This document shows, piece after piece, positions 1 through 7,692 of a stretch of 64,000 bases of DNA; within the stretch, counting starts at the first letter, position 1, and every line of letters begins with the position of its first letter. Below the pieces are notes generated by a model, which was not told where the DNA came from, made no database searches, and worked only from the letters and a program-made list of their open reading frames with translations. The DNA is taken from positions 128,001-192,000 of the forward strand of contig JBPRGF010000023.1 in the NCBI GenBank assembly GCA_051418015.1, in the 5' to 3' direction. Origin of the DNA: Candidatus Nitrospinota bacterium M3_3B_026 (lineage in GTDB: Bacteria > Nitrospinota_A > UBA7883 > JBPRGF01). The position numbers and the translations under genes are program-made.

Positions 1-1286
1 ATGGAGCCTTTCAGGTCCGGTTTCTGGCCGATGGCGACGATCACCGAGGAGCAGTCCAAGGTGAACTCGGAGCCTTCTATGGGAACCGGCGAGCGCCTGC
101 CGGACTTGTCCGGGTCGCCAAGCTTCATCTTTATGCATTTTAAGGCCGCGGCCCGGCCGTCCTTCACCACGACCTCCACCGGCGCCGCCAAAAACTCCAG
201 CCGCACGCCTTCCTTTTCCGCCTCCTCGATCTCCGAGGCGATGGCCGGCATCTCGTCGCGGGTGCGCCGGTAGAGTATGGTCGACTCGACGCCGTTCGCG
301 CCCATCCTCTTGCTCACCCGGGCGGAGTCCAGCGCCGCCTGGGCGGACTCGGTGTTGACCTGGGAGTCGTCACCCGCCGCCGCCATGGCCTGCCGAAGGG
401 AGGCGCGGGCGGCGTCTATGGCGCTGTCGCCGCCGCCTACGACGACGACCTTGTTCCCGACGTCAACCTCCGCGCCGGAGTTCACCCTGTTCAGGTAGCC
501 GGCCGCCGAAAAGACGTTGGCCGCGTTCTCCTCGCCGGGAACTTTCAGGTTCGCCCCCTTGTGAGCGCCGATGGCCATGTATACGGCGTCGAAGCCTTTG
601 CGGATATCCTCGAAGGATTCGTCCTCGCCCACCCTGACGCCGAGCTTGAGCTCCACGCCGAGGTCGAGAATCTTCTGGATCTCCGCGTCGAGGATGTCCT
701 TGGGCAGCCTGTAGGGGGGGATGCCGTAACGCAGCATCCCGCCGGGCTTTTCGTATGACTCGAAGATGGTGACCGGGTAGCCGCGGCGCGCCAGCTGATA
801 GGCGCAAGAGAGCCCCGAGGGGCCGGAGCCGATCACGGCGACTTTCTTGTCCTTCTTCTCATCGGTCAGTTTCTTGAGCTTCAGCCCGCGGCTTATGCCG
901 TGGTCGCCGATGACCCGCTCCATGTTGTTTATGGCCACGGAGCTGTCCTTGTGCTGCCGGTTGCACCCGGTCTCGCAGGGGTGGGGGCATATCCTGCCGT
1001 GAACCGCCGGGAGGGGGTTCTTGTCGGTCAGGATGTACCAGGCCTCGTCGAGGGCCTCTTCCAGGGGCTTCTTGTAGAAGTCCGCCTGGGCTATGGCCGT
1101 GAGGTAGCCGCGGATGTCCTCGCTGGATGGGCACTCGTTCCGGCACGGCGGAAGCTTGCGCACGTAGGTGGGGCATTTCCAGCTCGACCCGGAGGTTACC
1201 ACTATCTCCTCGGGGTCGCCCTTCTCAAGCTTCATCCTGCCGGACTTCACGAGGTCGAGGCCGCTGGGGCCGAATACTCGCTCCAT
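1..1286 (-). CDS. dsrL: DsrL, Fe-S flavoprotein NAD(P)H:acceptor oxidoreductase (3' end outside window; missing from ORF track)
   Basis: Manual translation from ATG at 1286: MERVFGPSG...KCPTYVRKLPPCRNECPSSEDIRGYL...GRICPHPCETGCNR...VAVIGSGPSGLSCAYQLARRG...VVVGGGDSA...ILYRRTR. Directly follows dsrB; frame open to the window edge. Confidence 0.93.
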   Translation of the reverse strand, partial: MERVFGPSGLDLVKSGRMKLEKGDPEEIVVTSGSSWKCPTYVRKLPPCRNECPSSEDIRGYLTAIAQADFYKKPLEEALDEAWYILTDKNPLPAVHGRICPHPCETGCNRQHKDSSVAINNMERVIGDHGISRGLKLKKLTDEKKDKKVAVIGSGPSGLSCAYQLARRGYPVTIFESYEKPGGMLRYGIPPYRLPKDILDAEIQKILDLGVELKLGVRVGEDESFEDIRKGFDAVYMAIGAHKGANLKVPGEENAANVFSAAGYLNRVNSGAEVDVGNKVVVVGGGDSAIDAARASLRQAMAAAGDDSQVNTESAQAALDSARVSKRMGANGVESTILYRRTRDEMPAIASEIEEAEKEGVRLEFLAAPVEVVVKDGRAAALKCIKMKLGDPDKSGRRSPVPIEGSEFTLDCSSVIVAIGQKPDLKGS

Positions 1287-1302
1287 GCTCTCCTCCCCCC
1301 CT

Positions 1303-2379
1303 TTACAGTCTGACGTGGGACGAGGTGTTGAACGTCGTCCTGGCGAAACGGAAATCGTCGATGTGGTACTTGGTGAAAGGGAAGCCGGTCATCTCGAAAA
1401 ATCTCTTCCAGCCTATCCTCTCGACCCACTCGCCCATACGCTCCCAGTCGCGGGCGGTCTCCTTGTAAGCCCTCAGGATATTGCGGACCGCTTCGGAGAC
1501 CTCCGGCCAGCGCGGCGGGTTGTTGGGCAGCCCCCACACCGCAAGCTTCATGAAAGACGAGCCGCCCCTGGTGCTGGCGGCCTTGCCGCCTATCCAGATG
1601 GAGAGGGTGTCCGTGTCGGCGTCGCGGATCTCCATGCTGGGGCACTGCCCGTGGCAGGCGCCGCAGTACATGCACTTCTCCTCCACCACCTCCATGGTCG
1701 TCTTGCCTTCGAGGACCGTGGGGCGGATGGCCGCCACGGGGCAGATGGCCACGACCTTCGGCAGCTCGCAGACGCCGATGTTCTCGTGGCTGATCCTGGG
1801 GGGATGGTGGTGCTGGACGTTTATGGCTATGTCCGCCTGGCCGCCGCAGTTGATGGTGCAGCAGGAGGTGGATATCTTCACCCGCTGGGGCAGGCCCTCG
1901 TTGACGAACTCCTCGTAGAGGTCGTCCATCAGCGCCTTGACGGAGCCGGCGGCGTCTGTGCCGGGCAGGTTGCAGTGCAGCCACCCCTGCGTGTGCAGGA
2001 TGTTGGATATCGACGGGCCCGTGCCACCCACGGGGAAGCCGAGCTCCTCCTGGATGGCCTTGATGCAGGGCTCCACGTCCTTCTCCTCGCCGACGAGAAA
2101 CTCCACGTTCGCCCGGCTGGTGAAGCGCAGGTGCCCCTGGCAATACCGGTCGGCGATATCGCACAGCTTGCGGACGGTGTCGACGCTCAAGGTCCTCGTC
2201 GAGCCGGCGCGGATCACCCAGAGGACGTCGCCGCTTTCGGCCACGCGCTTTATGACGCCGGGCCGAACCCTCTCGTGATAGTCCCACTTGCCGTAGTTCT
2301 TCGCCGACAGTGGGTGAAGGTTCTTCCTGTGATCCGGCGCCCCGTTGTCCCGGGGGGCCATCTTTTTCGCAGTCGCCAT
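1303..2379 (-). CDS. dsrB: dissimilatory sulfite reductase beta subunit, oxidative type
   Basis: HTQGWLHCNLPGTDA, CCTINCGGQADI, ferredoxin motif CMYCGACHGQC, NNPPRWPE, WERMGEWVERIGW. Confidence 0.98.
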   Translation of the reverse strand: MATAKKMAPRDNGAPDHRKNLHPLSAKNYGKWDYHERVRPGVIKRVAESGDVLWVIRAGSTRTLSVDTVRKLCDIADRYCQGHLRFTSRANVEFLVGEEKDVEPCIKAIQEELGFPVGGTGPSISNILHTQGWLHCNLPGTDAAGSVKALMDDLYEEFVNEGLPQRVKISTSCCTINCGGQADIAINVQHHHPPRISHENIGVCELPKVVAICPVAAIRPTVLEGKTTMEVVEEKCMYCGACHGQCPSMEIRDADTDTLSIWIGGKAASTRGGSSFMKLAVWGLPNNPPRWPEVSEAVRNILRAYKETARDWERMGEWVERIGWKRFFEMTGFPFTKYHIDDFRFARTTFNTSSHVRL

Positions 2380-2406
2380 CTTATATATCTCCTATCCCGG
2401 CCTTCG

Positions 2407-3681
2407 TCAGGCCCTCTCGAAGGTTTCGCTCTCCTTGCTGGTGACGGAGGGGGATTGCTCATCCTCCCCCTCAAGTTTTCCGGGCGCCAGCTCCTCGAAC
2501 TTGATGTAGGGGTTCGTCCTCGGGTGGAGCACCATGTTCGGGTCGGGCTCGATCCCCACGCCTTCGAGGAACGTGCCGAGCCCCACGCGGTCGATGAACT
2601 CGCCCACGCGCTCGTGCTCCAGGCCGTTTTCGCCCCAGAATTCCCATATCCGCTCGACGAGGTCGCCGAGCTTTTCCATGTCCTCCTCGGTCTCCAGCTT
2701 GAAGAAGGGGACCAGGACGGAGCTCATGGTGTCGCCGATCTTGAGGGTCCGCTTGCCGCCGAGCATCAGGGTGACGCCCCGCTCCTTGCCGGGCTTCAGG
2801 GCCCTGGGCATGACGTTGATGCAGTGCATGCAGCGCACGCACGACTCGTCGTCGACCTCCAGGTCCTTCGCGCCCTTGAGGCGGATGGCCTCGGTGGGAC
2901 AGCGGCTGATGACGTTGTTGACCACGTAGTCGACGCCCTTCTCGTCTATGAACTCGCCGACCTTCTCGTGGTCTATCCTCATCGGGCCTTTCCAGGTGCC
3001 GATGATCGGCATGTCGGAGCGCTGGACGCTGCAGGCGCAGTCGTTGGCGCAGCCGGATATCTTGAACTTGAACTTGTAGGGCAGCTCCGGGCGGTGCAGC
3101 TCGCTTATGAACCTGTCGGTCAGGTACTTGGTGACGCCCATGGTGTCGAACTGCGACATCTCGCAGTAGGCCGGGCCGACGCAGCAGGCCAGCGTCCTCA
3201 GGGCCGGGCCGGAGCCGCCCAGGTCCCACCCGTGCTCCATCAGCTCCTCGGCGGCGTCGAAGGTGGTCTTGTTGTCGGATCCCAGAAGCAGAGCGTCGCC
3301 GGTCATACCGTGAAGCTGCATGATCCCGGCGGAGTGTTTTTCCCAGATGTCGCAAAGCTCCCGGAGGGTCTCCGTCGAGTAGACCCAGCCGGACGGGGGT
3401 ATGATGCGGATGGTGTGGAACTGGGCCACGTCCGGAAACCTGTCGGCCAGCTCGGAGTATCGGGCGATGACGCCGCCGCCGTAGCCGTCGACGTTCAGGA
3501 CGGTGCCCTGCCAGTAGTTCCACTTGTCCTCGTAGGACTGCTCGAGCTGGCCCAGAAGCTGGCCGACCTCGGGCTTTTTCTCGGAGAGTTTCTTGAGGTC
3601 TTTCACGAAGCTGGGCCAGGGGCCCGACTCCAACTTGTCCAGAAGAGGGGTCTTTATCTGCTGTTTCGTCGTATCGGACAT
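2407..3681 (-). CDS. dsrA: dissimilatory sulfite reductase alpha subunit, oxidative type
   Basis: Start reset to MSDTTKQQIKTPLLDKLESGPWPSFV; GYGGGVIAR; siroheme-[4Fe-4S] motif CVGPAYC...KFKISGCANDC; CVRCMHCIN; GGKRTLKIG. Confidence 0.98.
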   Translation of the reverse strand: MSDTTKQQIKTPLLDKLESGPWPSFVKDLKKLSEKKPEVGQLLGQLEQSYEDKWNYWQGTVLNVDGYGGGVIARYSELADRFPDVAQFHTIRIIPPSGWVYSTETLRELCDIWEKHSAGIMQLHGMTGDALLLGSDNKTTFDAAEELMEHGWDLGGSGPALRTLACCVGPAYCEMSQFDTMGVTKYLTDRFISELHRPELPYKFKFKISGCANDCACSVQRSDMPIIGTWKGPMRIDHEKVGEFIDEKGVDYVVNNVISRCPTEAIRLKGAKDLEVDDESCVRCMHCINVMPRALKPGKERGVTLMLGGKRTLKIGDTMSSVLVPFFKLETEEDMEKLGDLVERIWEFWGENGLEHERVGEFIDRVGLGTFLEGVGIEPDPNMVLHPRTNPYIKFEELAPGKLEGEDEQSPSVTSKESETFERA

Positions 3682-3912
3682 GATGAGCTTCCCTTCAAGC
3701 TTTTTGTCTGTCGCAGGGCTGGCTCCGCCGCGAGCCGCGGGAAAACGGCCCGCCTCGGCGCCCGGTTGAGCCCTTGCGCCCATTACCGTGCTACGTGTTA
3801 GCTAGATGCCGTGGATCGAAGATGGATTCAGCGCGGATCATCTTTTGCTCCGCGCCGCGGCGGGGGCCGAAAATCGCGCCGGGCCGGGCTGACGCCACCT
3901 GGGTCCTGGGAC

Positions 3913-3946
3913 AAAAAAAGCCGCCTTTTTTCCGCTGAAAGGCGGC
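3913..3946 (-). terminator. intrinsic terminator between dsrC and dsrA
   Basis: Stem GCCGCCTTT/AAAGGCGGC followed by T7 on the minus strand. Confidence 0.6.
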
Positions 3947-4029
3947 GATTTCCACCCTCCCGGCGCCGGGATCCCCGGCTCGCAACGCCGGGACAAAGCC
4001 CCTGGAAAAGAGGCCGTATCCCCAAGGCG

Positions 4030-4362
4030 CTACACGCAGCCGGTGGGCTTGGGCAGACCGGCGATCTTGCAGGCCTGCTTGGCCGGGCCGCCGGGATAGA
4101 GCTCGTAAAGATACTTGGTGTTGCCCTTGTCCTTGCCCAGCTTCTTGCCGATGGCCTTGGTGAGGATGCGGATCATCGGGGCGATTTTGTATTCCTCGTA
4201 GTACTCGCGCAGGAAGTTGACCACCTCCCAGTGGGCGTCGGTCATGTCCACGCCCTCCTCCTTGGCCAGGTACTCGGCGACGTCCTTGTTCCACTGGTCG
4301 ATGTTCTTCAGGTACCCGTCTTCGTCGGTGTCGTATGTCACGCCGTTCAGCTCGAAAGACAT
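4030..4362 (-). CDS. dsrC: DsrC sulfur carrier / co-substrate of DsrAB
   Basis: DEDGYL, HWEVV, C-terminal arm GPAKQACKIAGLPKPTGCV with both cysteines (CX10C). Confidence 0.98.
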   Translation of the reverse strand: MSFELNGVTYDTDEDGYLKNIDQWNKDVAEYLAKEEGVDMTDAHWEVVNFLREYYEEYKIAPMIRILTKAIGKKLGKDKGNTKYLYELYPGGPAKQACKIAGLPKPTGCV

Positions 4363-4451
4363 TTAACTTGGCCTCCCACAATCCTGTGTTTTTATTTGCA
4401 ACCTCTCTCCCAAACACGAAAGCCGGACGGCCTTCGCCTCTCTTGACCTGG

Positions 4452-4462
4452 ATTTTATAACA
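4452..4462 (-). promoter_or_regulatory. candidate extended -10 element for dsrC
   Basis: TGTTATAAAAT about 90 nt upstream of dsrC; the same 11-mer lies upstream of dsrN. Confidence 0.4.
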
Positions 4463-4644
4463 TCACCCTATCCGTTGTCTTGTTTTATGATGCGCCTGGG
4501 GCGGATTGGATTCTCCGGAACGTCTCCAGGGCAAGACGGGCCCCGCGGCAGGGTCCCGGCGAATCTTGCGGCCTTCGATAATCCCGCTCTCTCTTTCATC
4601 GTCCAGAGCCGCCCTCTCACTGGTCATGCCGCCCTGCCCTCTTA

Positions 4645-4787
4645 TGTCGTCCTGAGCCTCCCCTTTTTGTCATTCTGAGCCCCTTCGGCTCGCGCTCAGG
4701 GCAGGCTCCGGCGAAGAATCTCATTGTTTTATCCGGCGCGAGACTCTTCGTTTCAGAATGACAACAGAGCTGCGGAATGACAAAGGG
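4645..4787. repeat. REP/MITE-like nested palindrome (family A)
   Basis: TGTCATTCTGA (4668-4678) / TCAGAATGACA (4753-4763); inner CGAAGAATCTC / GAGACTCTTCG; related copies near 36452, 50415 and 61714-61850. Confidence 0.75.
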
Positions 4788-4803
4788 TGGGCGGTTGAAA
4801 AAC

Positions 4804-4848
4804 AAAAAAGCCCCCGCCGGCGAGGCGTAAAGCCCGCCCGCGAGGGCC
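4804..4848 (-). terminator. intrinsic terminator downstream of the YeiH-family gene and micro-ORF
   Basis: Long imperfect GC hairpin followed by T6 on the minus strand. Confidence 0.6.
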
Positions 4849-4870
4849 GCAAGGAGTATCTCGCGCTCCC

Positions 4871-4939
4871 CTATGCCCCAAGAAGCCCGTTCAATGGAAA
4901 GCGTTCCGATACCCCCCACAACTTGAACCAGCTGACCAA
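4871..4939 (-). CDS. candidate 22-aa micro-ORF (MVSWFKLWGVSERFPLNGLLGA)
   Basis: GGAGG 6 nt before TTG at 4939; TAG at 4871; terminator directly after. Confidence 0.3.
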   Translation of the reverse strand: MVSWFKLWGVSERFPLNGLLGA

Positions 4940-5037
4940 GCGCCACCTCCCGGACGAGGGCGCGGCGCGTGAATATCCGGGGCCAGGCGCCCCTAAAGCG
5001 CCCGGCCCCGGCATAACGTCCAAAACCGGCCCCGGCG

Positions 5038-6669
5038 TCAGGACGCCAGGGGCGGCATCATGCCGTGGTGGAATATCCAGGCCACCACGTAGGCGATCGG
5101 CGCTATTATCAGGAACAGCGCGATCGCGTAAAGTAGCGCCAGCTTGCCCATGCCCTTGAGCTTCGAGAAGTCGGTGATGACCCCGATGCTCACGAAACAG
5201 AGCATGAACATCATCTTCCTCATGGGGCTCTGGACTATGTTCGCGCCCACCGACGCCGACTTGATGAGGTCCGGCAGGAACACGGCGATCCCCAAATAGA
5301 AGAACCAGCAGAAGAAGTAGCCCAGAACGAACTTGGGAAACCTGTACCATATCTCGGACGCGCCCACGTGGGACTGGCCCGGCTGCCTTTCGACCTTGTA
5401 GACCCATATGATCGCGAGCACGAAAGCCCACACTCCGATGAACATGTCGATCCAGATCTTGGTCATGATGGCCGAAGCCAGGATGGATCCTTCCTCGTAC
5501 TTTATGCCCTGGTTGGTGTAGGCCCAGGCGCGCTGAAGCTCGTCTAAAATGGCGCCCGCCGCGGCGTCGGCGCCGTCGGTCTTGACGGTCATGCCCATCG
5601 CCGCGCCGTTGACTATCGGGTCGCCGGGGTTTATGGCCACGTAAAGGCCCGGAAGCAGTATCAGCTCGAACATGGCGAAGACGACGATGAGCATCGACAC
5701 CATGACAGGAAGCACCGGCCTGGCCCTGATGGCGCCGGCCGTGGCTATCGCCGCGGAGACGCCGCAGATCGATATCCCCGAGGAAAGCACCGCCGAGGCC
5801 GCGCGGGAGAGCTTGAAGACCTTCCTGCCGAGGGCGTAGGTGATAGGCCAGAAGAGCAAATAGGCCACGATCGTCGCGCACATGCCCGCGACGGCCAGCT
5901 CGAAGACGAACCCGGCCGCCTTCATCGACATCAGCCCGATCTTGATCCCGAGGTAGACGATGGCGGTCTTGATGTACCACTCAGGCTTGGCCGCCTCCTT
6001 GAGAAAAGCGGCGAATCCTTTGAAGAAGTTGCCTATGATAAGCCCCACGATCAGGGCCAGTATGAAAGAGGCGCCACCGCCGAGCTGCATCCCCCAGGAG
6101 AGCCTGTGGGCGTTCTTGGCCTTGTCCACGGCCTGGGCGGCCTGCGCCCTGGTGGGAACCTGCCCGGCGTCGACGTCGACGCCCATTTCCTTGAGCGCGG
6201 TGTTTATCTGCTTGGAGCACTTGTGCACCTTCGTGGTGCAGTAGACATTGTCGCCGTATATCTCCGACTGGGTCATCGACTGCGACGTCTTGAGCGCCTT
6301 CAGGTGCGCCTCGTGGCCGATTATCCACATGGCCCAGGTGAGCAGGAAGATGATCGTCCAGCCCATGAAAAACTTCTTTACGTCAAGCTTCATAAAAAAA
6401 GCGCCGATGCAGGTCAGGACCGTCCAGACCACGTAGGTCGTCACGAAGGACAAAAACGGCGCCATATCTTTGTATGCCTTGCCGGTTGGCTTCAGCCAGT
6501 GCTTGAAGCCGGGATCAACCCATGTCTTTGTCTTGGACATCCAGCCGACCATGTCCACGCCGAAGACCGTCATCAGCCCGGCGGCGAACATGATCAACCC
6601 CAGCCAGACCGCCCACCAGTCCTCCGAGGTGGACATCCCCGAGTACCACTTTCTGTTGACAGCGTTCAT
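5038..6669 (-). CDS. YeiH / putative sulfate exporter (PSE) family membrane transporter
   Basis: EDWWAVWLGL N-terminus, PEWYIKTAIV, SICGVSAAIATAGAI, KIWIDMFIG, FPKFVLG; many TM helices; start reset to MNAVNRK. Confidence 0.88.
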   Translation of the reverse strand: MNAVNRKWYSGMSTSEDWWAVWLGLIMFAAGLMTVFGVDMVGWMSKTKTWVDPGFKHWLKPTGKAYKDMAPFLSFVTTYVVWTVLTCIGAFFMKLDVKKFFMGWTIIFLLTWAMWIIGHEAHLKALKTSQSMTQSEIYGDNVYCTTKVHKCSKQINTALKEMGVDVDAGQVPTRAQAAQAVDKAKNAHRLSWGMQLGGGASFILALIVGLIIGNFFKGFAAFLKEAAKPEWYIKTAIVYLGIKIGLMSMKAAGFVFELAVAGMCATIVAYLLFWPITYALGRKVFKLSRAASAVLSSGISICGVSAAIATAGAIRARPVLPVMVSMLIVVFAMFELILLPGLYVAINPGDPIVNGAAMGMTVKTDGADAAAGAILDELQRAWAYTNQGIKYEEGSILASAIMTKIWIDMFIGVWAFVLAIIWVYKVERQPGQSHVGASEIWYRFPKFVLGYFFCWFFYLGIAVFLPDLIKSASVGANIVQSPMRKMMFMLCFVSIGVITDFSKLKGMGKLALLYAIALFLIIAPIAYVVAWIFHHGMMPPLAS

Positions 6670-6736
6670 AACCTTGTATCCCCCTGTCCTATTTGTTTGA
6701 CGCCGAACGCCTCGTTTAAAGCCTTTTCCACCCGGT

Positions 6737-6991
6737 CTAAAGATCAACCGTCACGAACCGGTTGAAATAGTGATTGGCGTATTGCCTGAGCCAGGTCGGA
6801 ATCATCGAAAAATCAAACCCCATGAAAACCACCACGCGGGAACCCTTCTCGAAACGGCCGCTCTCCGCCAGAACCCGCCTGAGGTCGGCGTCCAGCTCCC
6901 TCAGCGTTCGGCCGGAGGCCTCCAGGAAATCGTTGCTGGCAATCCATCGGCCGCCGTTGTCGATCAGGCGGGTCTCCACGTCCGCTTTCAC
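6737..6991 (-). CDS. small soluble protein, DUF5395-like
   Basis: 84 aa, GTG start; C-terminal FMGFDFSMIPTWLRQYANHYFNR resembles DUF5395; co-oriented with neighbours. Confidence 0.7.
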   Translation of the reverse strand: MKADVETRLIDNGGRWIASNDFLEASGRTLRELDADLRRVLAESGRFEKGSRVVVFMGFDFSMIPTWLRQYANHYFNRFVTVDL

Positions 6992-7000
6992 GCCGCGGGC

Positions 7001-7186
7001 CTACTTGGCGAGGATGGTGACATTGATGATGCCTCCCAGCACCACCAGGGCGCCGATGCCTATGACAAGGCTCCACATCACAAGCTTGGTCTCCCAGAAC
7101 TCCCAGGGCTCGGCCTCTCCCAGGGCGTTCTCCATGTCCATCTCACTGACGGACTCTTCCGATACCGCTTCCTGTTCGTTTGCCAT
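7001..7186 (-). CDS. small single-TM protein with acidic N-terminus
   Basis: RBS AAGGAGGGAG; EPWEFWETKLV followed by one hydrophobic helix. Confidence 0.8.
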   Translation of the reverse strand: MANEQEAVSEESVSEMDMENALGEAEPWEFWETKLVMWSLVIGIGALVVLGGIINVTILAK

Positions 7187-7416
7187 CTGCTCCCTCCTTA
7201 TGGTTTATAAGCGCGCTTGAACCTACTGCTCGACCCGAAAATCATGAACAGGCCGGAGGCGTCTCAACCTCACCGGGCCCGATCTTTCGCGTAAAACGCG
7301 GCTTGTGTCATACGAGCTTACATTCGCGCTCTATGCCGGCTCTTTCCGTGTCGCCGCCCCCCAGCGGCGCCCCCTGCGCCTGCTTGTTGCCAGGGAGAGC
7401 AAGTTTAAATAATAAA

Positions 7417-7432
7417 AGCAAGTAGGGCGCCA
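7417..7432 (-). promoter_or_regulatory. sigma-54 (-24/-12) promoter
   Basis: Minus strand TGGCGC-CCTAC-TTGCT fits TGGCAC-N5-TTGCW with exact spacing; faces the 7186 gene. Confidence 0.75.
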
Positions 7433-7501
7433 TACGGGGCAACAGCAACTACCTGTTATAAAAGAACTTAACTTCAGATGACGACGAAAAAGAACGCCCT
7501 C

Positions 7502-7539
7502 TTCGCAATATCGCGAATACGCCTTCGCCGTTATGCGAA
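7502..7539. promoter_or_regulatory. tandem palindromic upstream activator sites
   Basis: TTCGC-AATATC-GCGAA (7502-7517) and TTCGC-CGTTAT-GCGAA (7524-7539), 22-bp period, 70-107 bp upstream of the sigma-54 site. Confidence 0.65.
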
Positions 7540-7692
7540 AAGAGAAAGATTTTTTACCGGTGGGCCGAATCGGATGGGTGGAAAAGCGGATCGGAGGCGC
7601 TTCAGGTCATACGGCGTCCGGCGGCGATACACGGCTGTTTCTTTTCATTACTGTCTGGCGCTGTTCGCCGTGCGTGAGATGGAGAGGGTATA

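Noticed and set aside
1287..1302. Possible dsrD after dsrB (sulfate-reducer interpretation)
   Set aside because: Only 16 nt separate dsrB and dsrL; dsrEFH and the DsrAB motifs point to the oxidative type.
1168..3801. 877-aa plus-strand ORF and similar long ORFs (11679-13514, 14846-16699, 30532-32757, 39505-41604, 52599-54608, 59950-61761)
   Set aside because: Antisense shadows of well-supported genes, expected in GC-rich DNA; no recognisable motifs.
4860..4950. 6S RNA or riboswitch (contains CTTGAACC)
   Set aside because: Could not form the long 6S rod or match an aptamer consensus by eye; an Rfam scan would decide.
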